Positions 18,312 through 28,575 of a DNA stretch of 64,000 bases are shown here, piece by piece. Position 1 is the first letter of the stretch; the number at the start of each line of letters is the position of its first letter. This stretch comes from a virus: IMG/VR virus record IMGVR_UViG_3300018005_000012, positions 27,435 through 91,434 of that record; one strand, given 5' to 3'. The notes under the pieces are model-generated. The model was not told the origin of the DNA and made no database searches. It saw nothing but the letters and a program-made list of their open reading frames with translations. Position numbers and translations under genes: made by a program.

Positions 18312-20198
18312 CTACAAGTCGTTTATGTTGTAGATGCCATCCTCACAAAGAATCACAGGTGTCCCATTGTAAGACAGCATTTGCACCGTTGCAAAGGGAG
18401 CGTAAGCATCAGTAAAAGTAACTTTACTATCTGGAAGATGCTTGGTTGTTGCCAAAGTGAAAGCGGGATAGTTGTAAATGTAGACCGTAGCAGGAGTGCC
18501 TCGTGTCGCAACATAGAACTTATTGCCTATGAGCAACATTCTACCGACTATTCCTTGAGCATTCGGAACCGTAAGGACGAGAGTAGGGGTAATATTGCCA
18601 CCACCACTTAGAGTCAATTTATAGACATGACCCACACCATCGCCACAATAAACGTTGCCATCTAGATAAGCCAAAGCCCCTACAGAGTGGGCAAAAACAC
18701 CAGACGCAAGCCAAGTTAATGGAGGAGTAAAGGCCATAACCGTCCCTAATTGAGCGACAATCCACCAAATATTACTTCCATCGTATAGTGATTCGTTTCC
18801 AGCAGTGACCTGATGAGGGTCAAATGTGTTCACTTGAAAAGATAGGGTCGGGTCATATTCAAAAAGCCATCCGCCCTCGCTGAAATATACGTTGCCACCA
18901 GCCGCTATAGTCAGGACTGTCATAGTGTTAAGAGGACTAAAATACGTTGCCACAAGAGTCATGGTGATTGGGTCTATTTCGGTAATTGGAACCTCCGGTG
19001 GGGGAATGGGAAAGGTAAATGTATCGTAGGCCGCATAGAGATATACTCCATCATACCAAAGATTGTAGGCATTGAGACCACCACCAAGCCCCTGATTGAA
19101 AGTAGCAACAACAGTTCCATAGATATCTACCTTGTAAATATTACCTACACTTGCACCAGTATCATAAGTAGAAACATAGAAGTAAGTTCCATCTGTGGCC
19201 ATTGCAAGGCAATCGCTAAGAGATATGATTGGGGGCACTGGCACTGGAACAGGTGGGGCAGTAGTATCAATATTTGTTTCACCATCCGCCTTTATCAGAC
19301 TGAAGGAGATGTCATACAACTCCTGTCCTGTAGCGGTGACAGCAATAGAATCTGTAGTCGGAAGAGGCACACCAACCCATCCCGCTTCACTGTGTCTCTT
19401 TACATCACTAAGGTATCCAGTAGCCTGTTGGGTGGGAGTGACGAGTTCCAAAGGAATGGCTCTCACAAGTTTGTCCTCTAGCCACCGATAGGCCGCTACA
19501 GTAATCTTCGGTATTGTTACTGCCTTAGACCTGCTCGAAATGCCCAACTGCTGGATGATGTCTATGTCGTTGGGAATGGTCTGAGATTGAGTCTTCTTTG
19601 GAATAGAAACGTTCAAACTTTGCCCACCCTGATTGATGTAGTCACCAGACCCAAGAGCCACATAGTCTATAACGGCTCCATTATCAGCATACATGGCAAT
19701 TCCCCAAACATCAGAAGCAGGAGAAATCGCATATGTGTAATGAGTATAGAGACTCGAAGATAAAGTAAAGTTCTTACTGAGAATCACACCAAAAGCGGAG
19801 TTTAGAAGTTCGATAGTAAGAGTGGAACTCACACCAAGGTTCTTTGCCCTGAGGCGAATAGAACCTATAGTGTTATGAGGAAGAGCAACGGGGAAGTCCT
19901 TCTCTATCACAACAACACCAATCTGATTTGGAAGAGTGAGTTCGTCTCCATTTGAAAGGACTGGACTAGGAGCACCAAAGGCTCCATATGTGGTCACACC
20001 ACCAGTCATTGTGCTAGGACTGGCTGTATTGGAGAAGGTAATAGCATTGTCAGTGGTGTTATCCCACCAACCGAGCATTCCAGCAGGAACACCGGGGCTT
20101 ACAAACAGACCAGATTCATGGTCGGCTTGTTTGAAGGAATCGTCTTTCCAAACCAACCGCCTTATCTCAAGACCAATTGGTATTATAGTTGAAGCCAT
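18312..20198 (-). CDS. tail-tip/structural protein with a C-terminal beta-propeller-like domain
   Basis: Repeats DGTYFYV/DGVYLYA/DGSNIWW/DGNVYC; tail module context. Confidence 0.6.
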   Translation of the reverse strand: MASTIIPIGLEIRRLVWKDDSFKQADHESGLFVSPGVPAGMLGWWDNTTDNAITFSNTASPSTMTGGVTTYGAFGAPSPVLSNGDELTLPNQIGVVVIEKDFPVALPHNTIGSIRLRAKNLGVSSTLTIELLNSAFGVILSKNFTLSSSLYTHYTYAISPASDVWGIAMYADNGAVIDYVALGSGDYINQGGQSLNVSIPKKTQSQTIPNDIDIIQQLGISSRSKAVTIPKITVAAYRWLEDKLVRAIPLELVTPTQQATGYLSDVKRHSEAGWVGVPLPTTDSIAVTATGQELYDISFSLIKADGETNIDTTAPPVPVPVPPIISLSDCLAMATDGTYFYVSTYDTGASVGNIYKVDIYGTVVATFNQGLGGGLNAYNLWYDGVYLYAAYDTFTFPIPPPEVPITEIDPITMTLVATYFSPLNTMTVLTIAAGGNVYFSEGGWLFEYDPTLSFQVNTFDPHQVTAGNESLYDGSNIWWIVAQLGTVMAFTPPLTWLASGVFAHSVGALAYLDGNVYCGDGVGHVYKLTLSGGGNITPTLVLTVPNAQGIVGRMLLIGNKFYVATRGTPATVYIYNYPAFTLATTKHLPDSKVTFTDAYAPFATVQMLSYNGTPVILCEDGIYNINDL

Positions 20199-20206
20199 TA
20201 TCTCAC

Positions 20207-21334
20207 CTAAAGACTATTGACCACCTGTATCACTGTGTATGCTGAAGTAGTGACCCCATTTGCATCGGTTCCTATCAATTTGAACAGCCCATGATAGGTA
20301 GTGGAGTCTCCACTTATAGGAATAGCCGGAGCCACATAAAGAGTAATTATGACAGGAAGAGGCGGACTGTTTCTACTGAATCCAGAAGGTATCACAATCT
20401 GATTTGTGTAGACAGGATTAACACCACCAATGCCAAAATCGTAAGTCACACCATTATAGTAGATGGTGCTATTGGCAACATCTATTACGTTATCGGTTGG
20501 TTGAAATGCGTTGACTGGTTGACCAAGAGTAATGGTGACATCCGTTGGTGCGGTAGATTGGGGTTCAAGAGGATAGAAAGTGAAATACAAAACAGCAAAA
20601 TTTGGCGGAGTAAGGCCAGCCCCATTAGGGAGCAAATTCACAGTATTGGCAAAGACCAACGGATTAGTTACAGGGTCAGGAGATTTGGTTGGGTCTGAGA
20701 GTATTTTTCCATACACTCCTAATCCATAATTTGTCACACTCGGTAAGACTACAAGTGTGAAACTACAAGCGGCATACTTGGGATTGAGAGGGTCTGAATT
20801 ATCTAAAGCATAGATGTTGACCTGATAAGAAGGTGGGTGATTGGGGTCAATAGCACCACCAGTGCCTAACGGATTTATCCAAAGAGTCTGATAGTTCATA
20901 GCCGCATAATAATGGAGAGGATTGGTCGTATCAGTCGAAGGAGTAAGAGTGAAAAAAGCGGGTGCTCCCTTCCAACCGTTCTCTATACTATCATAAGTGC
21001 CTGTAATCCAATTAGCAGGACTTGAACCTATCTGTCCTTGCCAATCGGCAGTAGTCGCATCAATCGGATTCAAATTTGGGTCTACAATGGTATCAATCCT
21101 TTGTATGAAGAAGGAAACGGCCAAGGTGTCATGGAAGCCTTTGATGGCAGAAAGATAGATTGTAACACTATCTTTGGTGGTTGCGGTAGCAGTATTAGTA
21201 GGAACTAAAGGGCCAGTGGGCGGATTGGGTGTTGAAGGGGGGTTGGCTGGAACGGTGTAGTTCTGAGGCACTTGAATCATGGCATTGTCTACGCCTATCT
21301 GGAAGTCGATTGAAAGCGTGGGCGGTGGAACCAT
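20207..21334 (-). CDS. tail-associated structural protein
   Basis: Beta-rich P/T/N composition; tail module context. Confidence 0.55.
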   Translation of the reverse strand: MVPPPTLSIDFQIGVDNAMIQVPQNYTVPANPPSTPNPPTGPLVPTNTATATTKDSVTIYLSAIKGFHDTLAVSFFIQRIDTIVDPNLNPIDATTADWQGQIGSSPANWITGTYDSIENGWKGAPAFFTLTPSTDTTNPLHYYAAMNYQTLWINPLGTGGAIDPNHPPSYQVNIYALDNSDPLNPKYAACSFTLVVLPSVTNYGLGVYGKILSDPTKSPDPVTNPLVFANTVNLLPNGAGLTPPNFAVLYFTFYPLEPQSTAPTDVTITLGQPVNAFQPTDNVIDVANSTIYYNGVTYDFGIGGVNPVYTNQIVIPSGFSRNSPPLPVIITLYVAPAIPISGDSTTYHGLFKLIGTDANGVTTSAYTVIQVVNSL

Positions 21335-21373
21335 ACTAAGATTCTAGAGGGTCTGAGGGCTTATAAATGTTCC

Positions 21374-24300
21374 TTACGGAGCCACATATCCGTGAGTTCC
21401 ATACACCCTTCGTTGAGTGGGGTCGTATACAATAGCGTTGTTAGGATTGCTAGTTCCACCGCTAGTGTAAATCTTAGTGTGAGCAGGGTCACACAGAAAG
21501 GAGTAGTTGACATAGACAGTATAGACAGCGTTAGTAGAAGCAGTCTGTGTGAGAGCCTGTGGCGTTTGGGTTCCAACTGCAATCGTTCCATCGTCCTCAA
21601 AGACCGTGGTTGGAGCAGTCACAGTAGTAAGCAACTTGAGATTAGACGAGGGATAAGGATTGGCTGGACTATTGGCTCTGTAAATATTGTAACTCTGAGC
21701 ATACGGAACGGCTGGCCAAGAGATTTCAATGGTTTGAACAGCCGGAGGCGGAACCCAAGCCGATTCGGATACTGCATTAAGAGCAGGTTCAGGCACACTG
21801 TTATTGTTAGTGTTGTCTAGAGGAAGATTGAATGTAGTGTTTGCTTGGGAATATTCGGTCTCGATGCCTTCTGGATTCAATGCCGCTATGACATACCAAT
21901 ATTGGTCGCCACCCACAAACGATGAGCCAACAGGAACAGCATTTCCAGTGTATGCAACATTCAATCCTTTTGGCTGTCCTGCGGCAGTAAGAGACTGAAC
22001 AAAGGGTTGGGTATTGGATGTGGGGGCCGTAAGAAAGTCATCCGAGAATGAGGGAGTAGGCACATTAGTAATGTATTCAAAAAGAAGCGGGTCTTGAATC
22101 AGGTTTGTAGTATCGTAAAATCCTCGATAGATGTTGTAACGAATGACAGGAAGCCCTGTCGTTGGGTCTATAACTGCTGGCCAAGTGACAAGCACAGGAC
22201 TTATGTTAGTGCCAAAATTGACACTAAAGGTCTCATACGACATACCAAACTCATTATTGTTAGAATCAACAGGACAATATATGTAACAAGGGCTATTCGC
22301 TGGCCCTGCTATTACACCACCACTTACAGTAGGTGCGGGAAGAGACGAGAAGAGTGGAGTAGGACACCAAGGCAGTGCTCGTGAGTTGCGAAGTATGATT
22401 TCATACTTTCCACTCAAGTTAGGGTTTCCAACATCGTCATAAAAGAAAGGAGCAGAAGTATCAGTTCGAGGAGGTGGAGGCGGTAAAGATGTATGAGACT
22501 TAGAGATGAGAGAAAGGATGTTGGCTAGTTGATTGAGTGGTTGAATTCCATCATATATGGCCATCCCGTCTGGTTGGATGACCGTCAAATAGACATCGTT
22601 TGGTGTGACAGATGTATTGCCAGTAGAAGTGGTTTGAGTATCAACTTCAACCCCAAATTGATAGATAAGAATGTCGTCTCCTTTCACCGAGGCTCCACTT
22701 AGACTTATAGCATCCATAGTATTAGGTGTGGTCTGGGCAAAAATCGGGATGTCCAAAGACTCCTCATCCGCAACCCACACTCCACTCATTAGGTCTGGCG
22801 GTTCGTCTGCAACTTTTACATTGAAAGGATTATTTCTGTTGGTAATGAAGTCACCACCACTCTGATGGGTAGCCGCCCCTTCCGCTTGTCGCCCCCTTCC
22901 AAGCAAAGTCTTAGCGGCTGGCTCGACTACAGTATACATGAATTGCATTGCTCCTGCGGGAGACCCATGTATTTGATTATAGTTGGCGGCATCCCAATCT
23001 GCTATCGGAACATTCTGAACAGGGAAGGACAGAGTAAGTGTAATATCCTCACCATCGTCTGGATTCCACGTTATGTCTATAGTCTTGATTCTAGCAGTGA
23101 AAGCGGCTGTTATGAGTCCTGTCGTTATACTATCGTAAGAACCTTCCAAAAGATTCCCATTGCTATCTTCCATCACATTAGCAAGACTTGGAGCATTTAC
23201 CAGAACATAGTCTCCCGGATACATCGTATGGGTGCTTGCGTAAACGTAGTCTGGCTTTATCACGATGTTGGGGATAGGGTGCTGGAAGAAGTTGATGCTC
23301 GTCCCTACAAAGCGACTAATCTCTCCTTGGTCTACTACGTTGGAAAGGGATTGGTTAGTCTGTTTCAACCCATACTCAGCAATGCTTCTCTGATTGTCTA
23401 TCGGAAGAGCCACCACATCCGACCCCTGAAAACTGCCGCCAGAGAGAACATAACTGTTGTTCATCACCAAATAGTCGTAGGTGAGGTCAATTGAAACGAT
23501 GCTATCTCCTTCTGAAAAGATTATAGTATCTATAGGTTCGTATCCGTTTGTCACTCCAAACTCTACATAAGACATTGGATACACAAGAGCAGACGGAAGT
23601 GTTCCGATAGGGTCATAAGAGTTGTCTCCGAGATGGATTCCTGTTCTGTTGTTGCCATTGCCCAACTTACTATGAACAGGGTCGAAAAGCATCACAGTTA
23701 CAGTCGGTAGTTTGGGCGTAACAAACTCAGGATGTGGAATAGTAGAAGTAGGAGTGGGGTAGTCTCCAATGTCCATTCTATACTCTGCAAGGAAAGGCTT
23801 GCCTTGGTTGGAATTGAATAGAGCAGATGTTACCAATCTATCCACCACAGCAGAGATAGACTGATATTGAACATTCATATTATCATTCACCACAATAGTA
23901 TCAAAATCAGTAACATATGGGGGTATTACACCTATATTCATATTCCCTGCTCCATCATCAGCCAAATTAGCCAAGTGGAGTGGGGGAAGATGCCCAGTCG
24001 AATAGGACTCTTGAAAGGCAAAGGTAACGATGTCTGCCCAAAGTTGGCCAAAAGCCAGACCCAATGTTGGATTGAGATACACCAGATAAGGGTTGGTATT
24101 AGGCTGAAGTGGCGGTGGACTCTTACCTGCAATCTGAAAGAGACGGGTCTGAAGCATATACCACAGACTGGCAATCTGAACGGTGGTAACAAGTCCATCA
24201 TCGGCAACGTGATAGGTCGGATTTGTAGTCATTCCTCTGAACTTGAGAGTCGTAGTTGTGTCTGAATTAACACGATAGATGTAGACCTCTCTAGCCGCAT

Positions 24301-24460
24301 CAATCTTCTGGATTCCAGCGAGAGTGATGGTTGCATTGTCTTCGGAAGGGGCGATGTTGCGTTGAAATTTGATGTCTTTGAGAGGAGCAAGATAGGTTGG
24401 AGTGGGCAGAGTATTGATGTCTGAGTTGTATGTGACCAAGTAGTTGATTTTGTTAGACAT
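21374..24460 (-). CDS. baseplate hub/tail-tip protein with Fn3-like C-terminal repeats
   Basis: Directly after the tape measure; SIAEYGLK and PGDYV hub-like motifs; two WPAV..YNIYR repeats. Confidence 0.7.
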   Translation of the reverse strand: MSNKINYLVTYNSDINTLPTPTYLAPLKDIKFQRNIAPSEDNATITLAGIQKIDAAREVYIYRVNSDTTTTLKFRGMTTNPTYHVADDGLVTTVQIASLWYMLQTRLFQIAGKSPPPLQPNTNPYLVYLNPTLGLAFGQLWADIVTFAFQESYSTGHLPPLHLANLADDGAGNMNIGVIPPYVTDFDTIVVNDNMNVQYQSISAVVDRLVTSALFNSNQGKPFLAEYRMDIGDYPTPTSTIPHPEFVTPKLPTVTVMLFDPVHSKLGNGNNRTGIHLGDNSYDPIGTLPSALVYPMSYVEFGVTNGYEPIDTIIFSEGDSIVSIDLTYDYLVMNNSYVLSGGSFQGSDVVALPIDNQRSIAEYGLKQTNQSLSNVVDQGEISRFVGTSINFFQHPIPNIVIKPDYVYASTHTMYPGDYVLVNAPSLANVMEDSNGNLLEGSYDSITTGLITAAFTARIKTIDITWNPDDGEDITLTLSFPVQNVPIADWDAANYNQIHGSPAGAMQFMYTVVEPAAKTLLGRGRQAEGAATHQSGGDFITNRNNPFNVKVADEPPDLMSGVWVADEESLDIPIFAQTTPNTMDAISLSGASVKGDDILIYQFGVEVDTQTTSTGNTSVTPNDVYLTVIQPDGMAIYDGIQPLNQLANILSLISKSHTSLPPPPPRTDTSAPFFYDDVGNPNLSGKYEIILRNSRALPWCPTPLFSSLPAPTVSGGVIAGPANSPCYIYCPVDSNNNEFGMSYETFSVNFGTNISPVLVTWPAVIDPTTGLPVIRYNIYRGFYDTTNLIQDPLLFEYITNVPTPSFSDDFLTAPTSNTQPFVQSLTAAGQPKGLNVAYTGNAVPVGSSFVGGDQYWYVIAALNPEGIETEYSQANTTFNLPLDNTNNNSVPEPALNAVSESAWVPPPAVQTIEISWPAVPYAQSYNIYRANSPANPYPSSNLKLLTTVTAPTTVFEDDGTIAVGTQTPQALTQTASTNAVYTVYVNYSFLCDPAHTKIYTSGGTSNPNNAIVYDPTQRRVYGTHGYVAP

Positions 24461-24462
24461 GA

Positions 24463-25338
24463 TTAATACACACCTCTTTGTCTCTGTGCCGCTAGAAGGG
24501 TCTTAGCCAAAGCCGTTTCCACTTCCTGTCTCACTCTTGCCAAGTCCACATTGCTTGAAGCGTTAATGGTAATCTGAACGTTGCCCATTCCTGCTCCAGC
24601 CGTCCCACCTTTCGGAACCACGGTCTCGCCCTGATGGAGCGTATATGGGCCAGTTCTAGGAACATAGCCACCGCTTTGCATACCGGGTGCAGCAACATGG
24701 GGAACTGTAGCCGCCTGATATAGCCCAATTCCTAATGCGGCTATGCCACCAATAACCGGAATCATTGAAAGTGCCATTCTTGCACTACTCTCAGCCGCAC
24801 TCGCACCGACCAACCCCAAAGAAATAGTAAACAAATTCATAGAGGTTATCACATCAGTAAAAGATGAAGTAATGGTCGCCAAGTTCTTGGCTGTTGCTGT
24901 AACATAGTCATTGAGAGCAACCATCTCGTTCTTCTTAGACTGAGTGTAGAGAGCACCAACATAACTTGCGGCTGTGGTTGCTCTCGTTGCCTGTTCTGAG
25001 CCTTTGCCATAGATATTGACAGCCGTTGCCTGCAAAGCAAGTGCCTGAGTATATTTATTCTGAGTCTGAATGACATTGATTTGAGCCTGATACAAATCCA
25101 CCAACTCATCAATGTTACCAGATACCATGTCGGCTGTAGCATTGAAAATAGTCTGCCAATCCTTTATAGCAGTCTGAAACGTTTTCACTCCCTGAATAGC
25201 CGCATTCTGAGTATCAGAAAGTGCGTGTAGTGCTTCATTATATTCTTTAACCGAAATAGCCTCGTGCTCCAGTGCCATTTTTAGGTCTTCTATACTTTCT
25301 GCTAAGTCGATAATCTCTTTCCCACTCAGAGTTGGCAT
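24463..25338 (-). CDS. short tape measure protein
   Basis: Helical and Ala-rich, with hydrophobic segments and C-terminal MQSGGYVPRTG..LHQGETVVP; located after the chaperone. Confidence 0.75.
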   Translation of the reverse strand: MPTLSGKEIIDLAESIEDLKMALEHEAISVKEYNEALHALSDTQNAAIQGVKTFQTAIKDWQTIFNATADMVSGNIDELVDLYQAQINVIQTQNKYTQALALQATAVNIYGKGSEQATRATTAASYVGALYTQSKKNEMVALNDYVTATAKNLATITSSFTDVITSMNLFTISLGLVGASAAESSARMALSMIPVIGGIAALGIGLYQAATVPHVAAPGMQSGGYVPRTGPYTLHQGETVVPKGGTAGAGMGNVQITINASSNVDLARVRQEVETALAKTLLAAQRQRGVY

Positions 25339-25352
25339 CCTACTCTATAAGT

Positions 25353-25903
25353 CTACGTCTCGCCTTTTAAGCCTTCCGCCTGTCCTAACTTCTTCTGTTC
25401 TCTCTCAAGTCTCCTCTTCTCGGCTTCAATGGTAAACTCATGGGCTAGAAGGAGTTCCCTTATCTCAAGACTGGTCATCTTAAGGGCTTCCTCTCTGGGG
25501 ATGCCTATCTGGTCTTGGAGCACTTTCAGAACGACATACTTGTTGTATTTGTTCAGAATGGCCTTGGCTTCGTTTACTGTTTCTTGGTCTTTTCTTGTGG
25601 TAACTCCTGTAACGGTAAGTTCTTTAAGAGCGATAAAAAACTGGTTTCGTATTGGTTGAATCTTCGTATCTCAACCCAAAGATGCAATACCACTTCTCTA
25701 TCCGCCACTTTCACCGCTTGTATGGACTCAAACTTAGGGGCGGCTGTCCCATAGAAGACAGTAAGGGCTTGCTGTTCCACAATCTTGTTTTGGTTGGCAT
25801 CAACAAAGTCGTCCACGACAGCACCCTCTTCAAAGCCAAAACGCTTGATGGTGTAGGTCACTCCCTTAATCTTTAGAACCTTAGTGTCGGTAGTCACAAA
25901 CAA
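25353..25903 (-). CDS. tail assembly chaperone, long (G-T) form via -1 frameshift
   Basis: In-frame slippery T TTT TTA at 25640-25634; -1 frame open to 25353 and encodes GIPREEALKMTSLEIRELL. Confidence 0.8.
25574..25903 (-). CDS. tail assembly chaperone, short (G) form
   Basis: Between tail tube and tape measure; IKGVTYTIKR. Confidence 0.75.
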   Translation of the reverse strand: MFVTTDTKVLKIKGVTYTIKRFGFEEGAVVDDFVDANQNKIVEQQALTVFYGTAAPKFESIQAVKVADREVVLHLWVEIRRFNQYETSFLSLLKNLPLQELPQEKTKKQ

Positions 25904-25931
25904 TAGAAGGGCGAGAGACTATATAAATGTT

Positions 25932-26306
25932 TTACTCGCCACGAATGGCCCTTGCGTTCTCATCGAGCATTCTCTTCAAGTCTTTCGCCTCTAGTTCCTG
26001 TCTGAGTCTCATTACCTCACTTGCGGCAGAACCAGCCACTACGTTCTGATAGGGGTAATCTCGCATGACCTCTGCAACAGAAGGAAGGACTTCTCCTCTT
26101 TCTCTTGCAATTTTCCCTATCTCTGCATCTCTTTTCGCACCCACATATATGCCCATAAGAGCGACTGGAACAATTATTGCGGTCATTGCTCCAATTCCTA
26201 TCATTATCACTTCAATGTTTCCCATGAGTGTTCCTAGTGCCGTCATGCCAACTCCTATCAGACAGGCGATTCCGTATCCCCATCCACTTGTCATTTGTTT
26301 TTTCAC
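25932..26306 (-). CDS. two-TM membrane protein
   Basis: Two hydrophobic helices; own TATA box. Confidence 0.6.
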   Translation of the reverse strand: MKKQMTSGWGYGIACLIGVGMTALGTLMGNIEVIMIGIGAMTAIIVPVALMGIYVGAKRDAEIGKIARERGEVLPSVAEVMRDYPYQNVVAGSAASEVMRLRQELEAKDLKRMLDENARAIRGE

Positions 26307-26366
26307 TCTCCTGAGCAGTGGTATAGTGAGCAGGCTTTATAAGGTTTCTTGCCGAAATGTCAAGTT

Positions 26367-27518
26367 CTATGTGTGCACAGTGGCTCCAGTGGCAGTCCAG
26401 TCCAAGTTCAGAGCAACTAGGTCAGCAATGGGTAGGGTGAGGTCTATCTTAGGTAGCACCGCACCTGTATAGGTCAAATAGTAGGTGGTAGCGGTAGAAG
26501 ACTTGTATCCAAGTTTCAAAGTAATCTCCTGTTGAGACAGACCAGATGGGGCGATATCCAAATCAACAAGATATACATCACCACCACCAACAGTTGGAAC
26601 AGGTGAAAATGCGGCAGTGGTTATTGTGGTTGCAGTGTTTGACAAGATTATCTGCTTTTGACCAGCCGCAGGGCCAGTGAAGTAAGTAAGAGTCATGCCA
26701 ACAAAGGCATTGACTGTCCAACTTTTGGTGCTGTCAGTTAGTATCGTTGCTATTGCACTTGTAGTTGTGCCTTGAATATTCAAGATGTTGACCTCATTCG
26801 CTACATCAGTGAAAGTGGCAAAGGTGGCTGTGATAGTGCCATCGGCCTTGCGTATCAGAGTCGGAATGCTTCTGATAACGTCTGTATCAAACTGAGGCAC
26901 ACGCTGTAGATTATTGGTGATAGTGCCAGTGAAGGTCAAAGCCTGCACTCGTGGAGTTCCGGTTGGAACCTGAACACTCTCTTGAGAGAAGTAGAATGGG
27001 ATGTTGGTAGGGTCAACAATGCCGGGGTCAGTAGGGAAGGTAGGGCCAACAGGAAGCCCATTCATGATGTTTTGACACCAATAGGTGACTTCGACTTCGA
27101 GTGCTCCCCCTGTCTTTCCGCTAATCCGCACACTATTAGCCACGGCTCCAGTAACGGTATAGGTCTGGAGTGTATCATAATTCTTGATGATGAAAACGTG
27201 AGAGACCGTATTGACTCCAAGACTGTTAATGTCGTCAATCAGCATTTTAATGTCCTGTGGCCAATAGGTGATGGTGAAGTCTACGTTTCTCTGTCCTTTC
27301 AGTAGGTAGGCAGGAAAATCAGTCATCCCATCCATTCTGTAGACAAAGATTGGATTCTTATCTATCGTTGCCTTCATATTCTGCACTGCACCAACCCAAT
27401 TGTAGACGGTTCCACCGGGATTGGACGTAGAGAGAGGAGCAACCCCATAGATGGCTTCTGGATACCATCCTACTGCGGCTCTCCAACCTGCGGCTATAAG
27501 CGGAAATGTAGTCGGCAT
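26367..27518 (-). CDS. tail tube (major tail) protein
   Basis: Beta-rich, upstream of chaperone and tape measure; FTGTITNNL, ends LNLDWTA. Confidence 0.7.
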   Translation of the reverse strand: MPTTFPLIAAGWRAAVGWYPEAIYGVAPLSTSNPGGTVYNWVGAVQNMKATIDKNPIFVYRMDGMTDFPAYLLKGQRNVDFTITYWPQDIKMLIDDINSLGVNTVSHVFIIKNYDTLQTYTVTGAVANSVRISGKTGGALEVEVTYWCQNIMNGLPVGPTFPTDPGIVDPTNIPFYFSQESVQVPTGTPRVQALTFTGTITNNLQRVPQFDTDVIRSIPTLIRKADGTITATFATFTDVANEVNILNIQGTTTSAIATILTDSTKSWTVNAFVGMTLTYFTGPAAGQKQIILSNTATTITTAAFSPVPTVGGGDVYLVDLDIAPSGLSQQEITLKLGYKSSTATTYYLTYTGAVLPKIDLTLPIADLVALNLDWTATGATVHT

Positions 27519-27559
27519 TCTAAGAAGATAAGGGCTTCCCTTCTATTTAAAGATGTCTT

Positions 27560-28018
27560 CTACAGAGCGTAAGTCATTAACAGTCCTTCTTCATCAGGAT
27601 TCTGGTAGTAGTGAGGAATGGTCAAATTGGCCGTATACCCGAACTTCTCATACATCCGAATGGCAGGCTCGTTGCTCTTCCGCACCTGAAGTCCGGCCAT
27701 CGGCAAGCCTCGCATCCTCATCGCTCTATGTGCCGCTTGCATCAGAAGTTCTCCTATGCCCTGCCTCTGGTGCTCCTTATCTACGGCCACAGAGATGACG
27801 AGACCCATCATCATATAGCCAATCTTCTCCTCTCTACACATAACGTAGCCCACCACCTTGCCATCCACCTTGGCTACATAGAACATATCGCCAAACTGGT
27901 TGTAGTGAGTCGTCCAAAACATCGGTTGATAACGCTCTGGCATACTAGCCATGTTGAGTTTCATGCAAGCAGGGATGTCGGCTCGTGTGGCATGAGTAAT
28001 AGCAAAAGTTACACTCGT
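27560..28018 (-). CDS. ard1: Ard1/RimI-family N-terminal acetyltransferase; apparent start codon reads ACG
   Basis: MPERY, VVGYVM, VISVAV..QRQGIG, LQVRKSNEPAIRMYEKFGY, HYYQ; frame continues 18 codons upstream of ATG 27964. Confidence 0.85.
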   Translation of the reverse strand, partial: TSVTFAITHATRADIPACMKLNMASMPERYQPMFWTTHYNQFGDMFYVAKVDGKVVGYVMCREEKIGYMMMGLVISVAVDKEHQRQGIGELLMQAAHRAMRMRGLPMAGLQVRKSNEPAIRMYEKFGYTANLTIPHYYQNPDEEGLLMTYAL

Positions 28019-28518
28019 TTTAACTCACCATTTTTTGCTCTCTTGATGAATTGACAACACATACAGAGGACTTGGTATCCCTCTGGAAAGTTGTTCTTGA
28101 TGAGCCATGGATAGATTGCTTGGGTTCCTATTGCTTTTAAATGTTTGTTTCCACCACCTTCAATGTGGTCTATGCTAAGTGCTCGAATGTCTTTGGCTAG
28201 AGGACAATTCGGAAGATGTTTATGAAAGATGTCTCGACAATGGGGTTCAATAGCATCAGGGTCGAAAATTCTGGTGTAATGAAGCAGAACAATCTCTTTG
28301 TTCGTCACCCATCGCTCATGACTTGCGACAAGAATGAATTTGCGTTTCTGTCTGTAATAGCCTTTCTTTTGTTTCAACACTTGGGGTTTTCGACTAGCGT
28401 AATTCTCTTTGCTTCGTTTACATTGACATGACTTACACGCATAATAGTTCTGGCGAAAGGATGCTGGATACCAGTTATCTTCGGTAAGAGAGACACCACA
28501 ATACTTGCAAACTGCCAT
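28009..28518 (-). CDS. HNH-type homing endonuclease (IDH...QVLCxxC family)
   Basis: CKYC, CKSC, ALSIDHIEGGG, YQVLCMCCQ. Confidence 0.78.
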   Translation of the reverse strand: MAVCKYCGVSLTEDNWYPASFRQNYYACKSCQCKRSKENYASRKPQVLKQKKGYYRQKRKFILVASHERWVTNKEIVLLHYTRIFDPDAIEPHCRDIFHKHLPNCPLAKDIRALSIDHIEGGGNKHLKAIGTQAIYPWLIKNNFPEGYQVLCMCCQFIKRAKNGELKRV

Positions 28519-28575
28519 ACCCATTCTTCGGCACAAGACTATTTAAGTCTTATGGAGAAAAGTGGTCTTTCAGCA

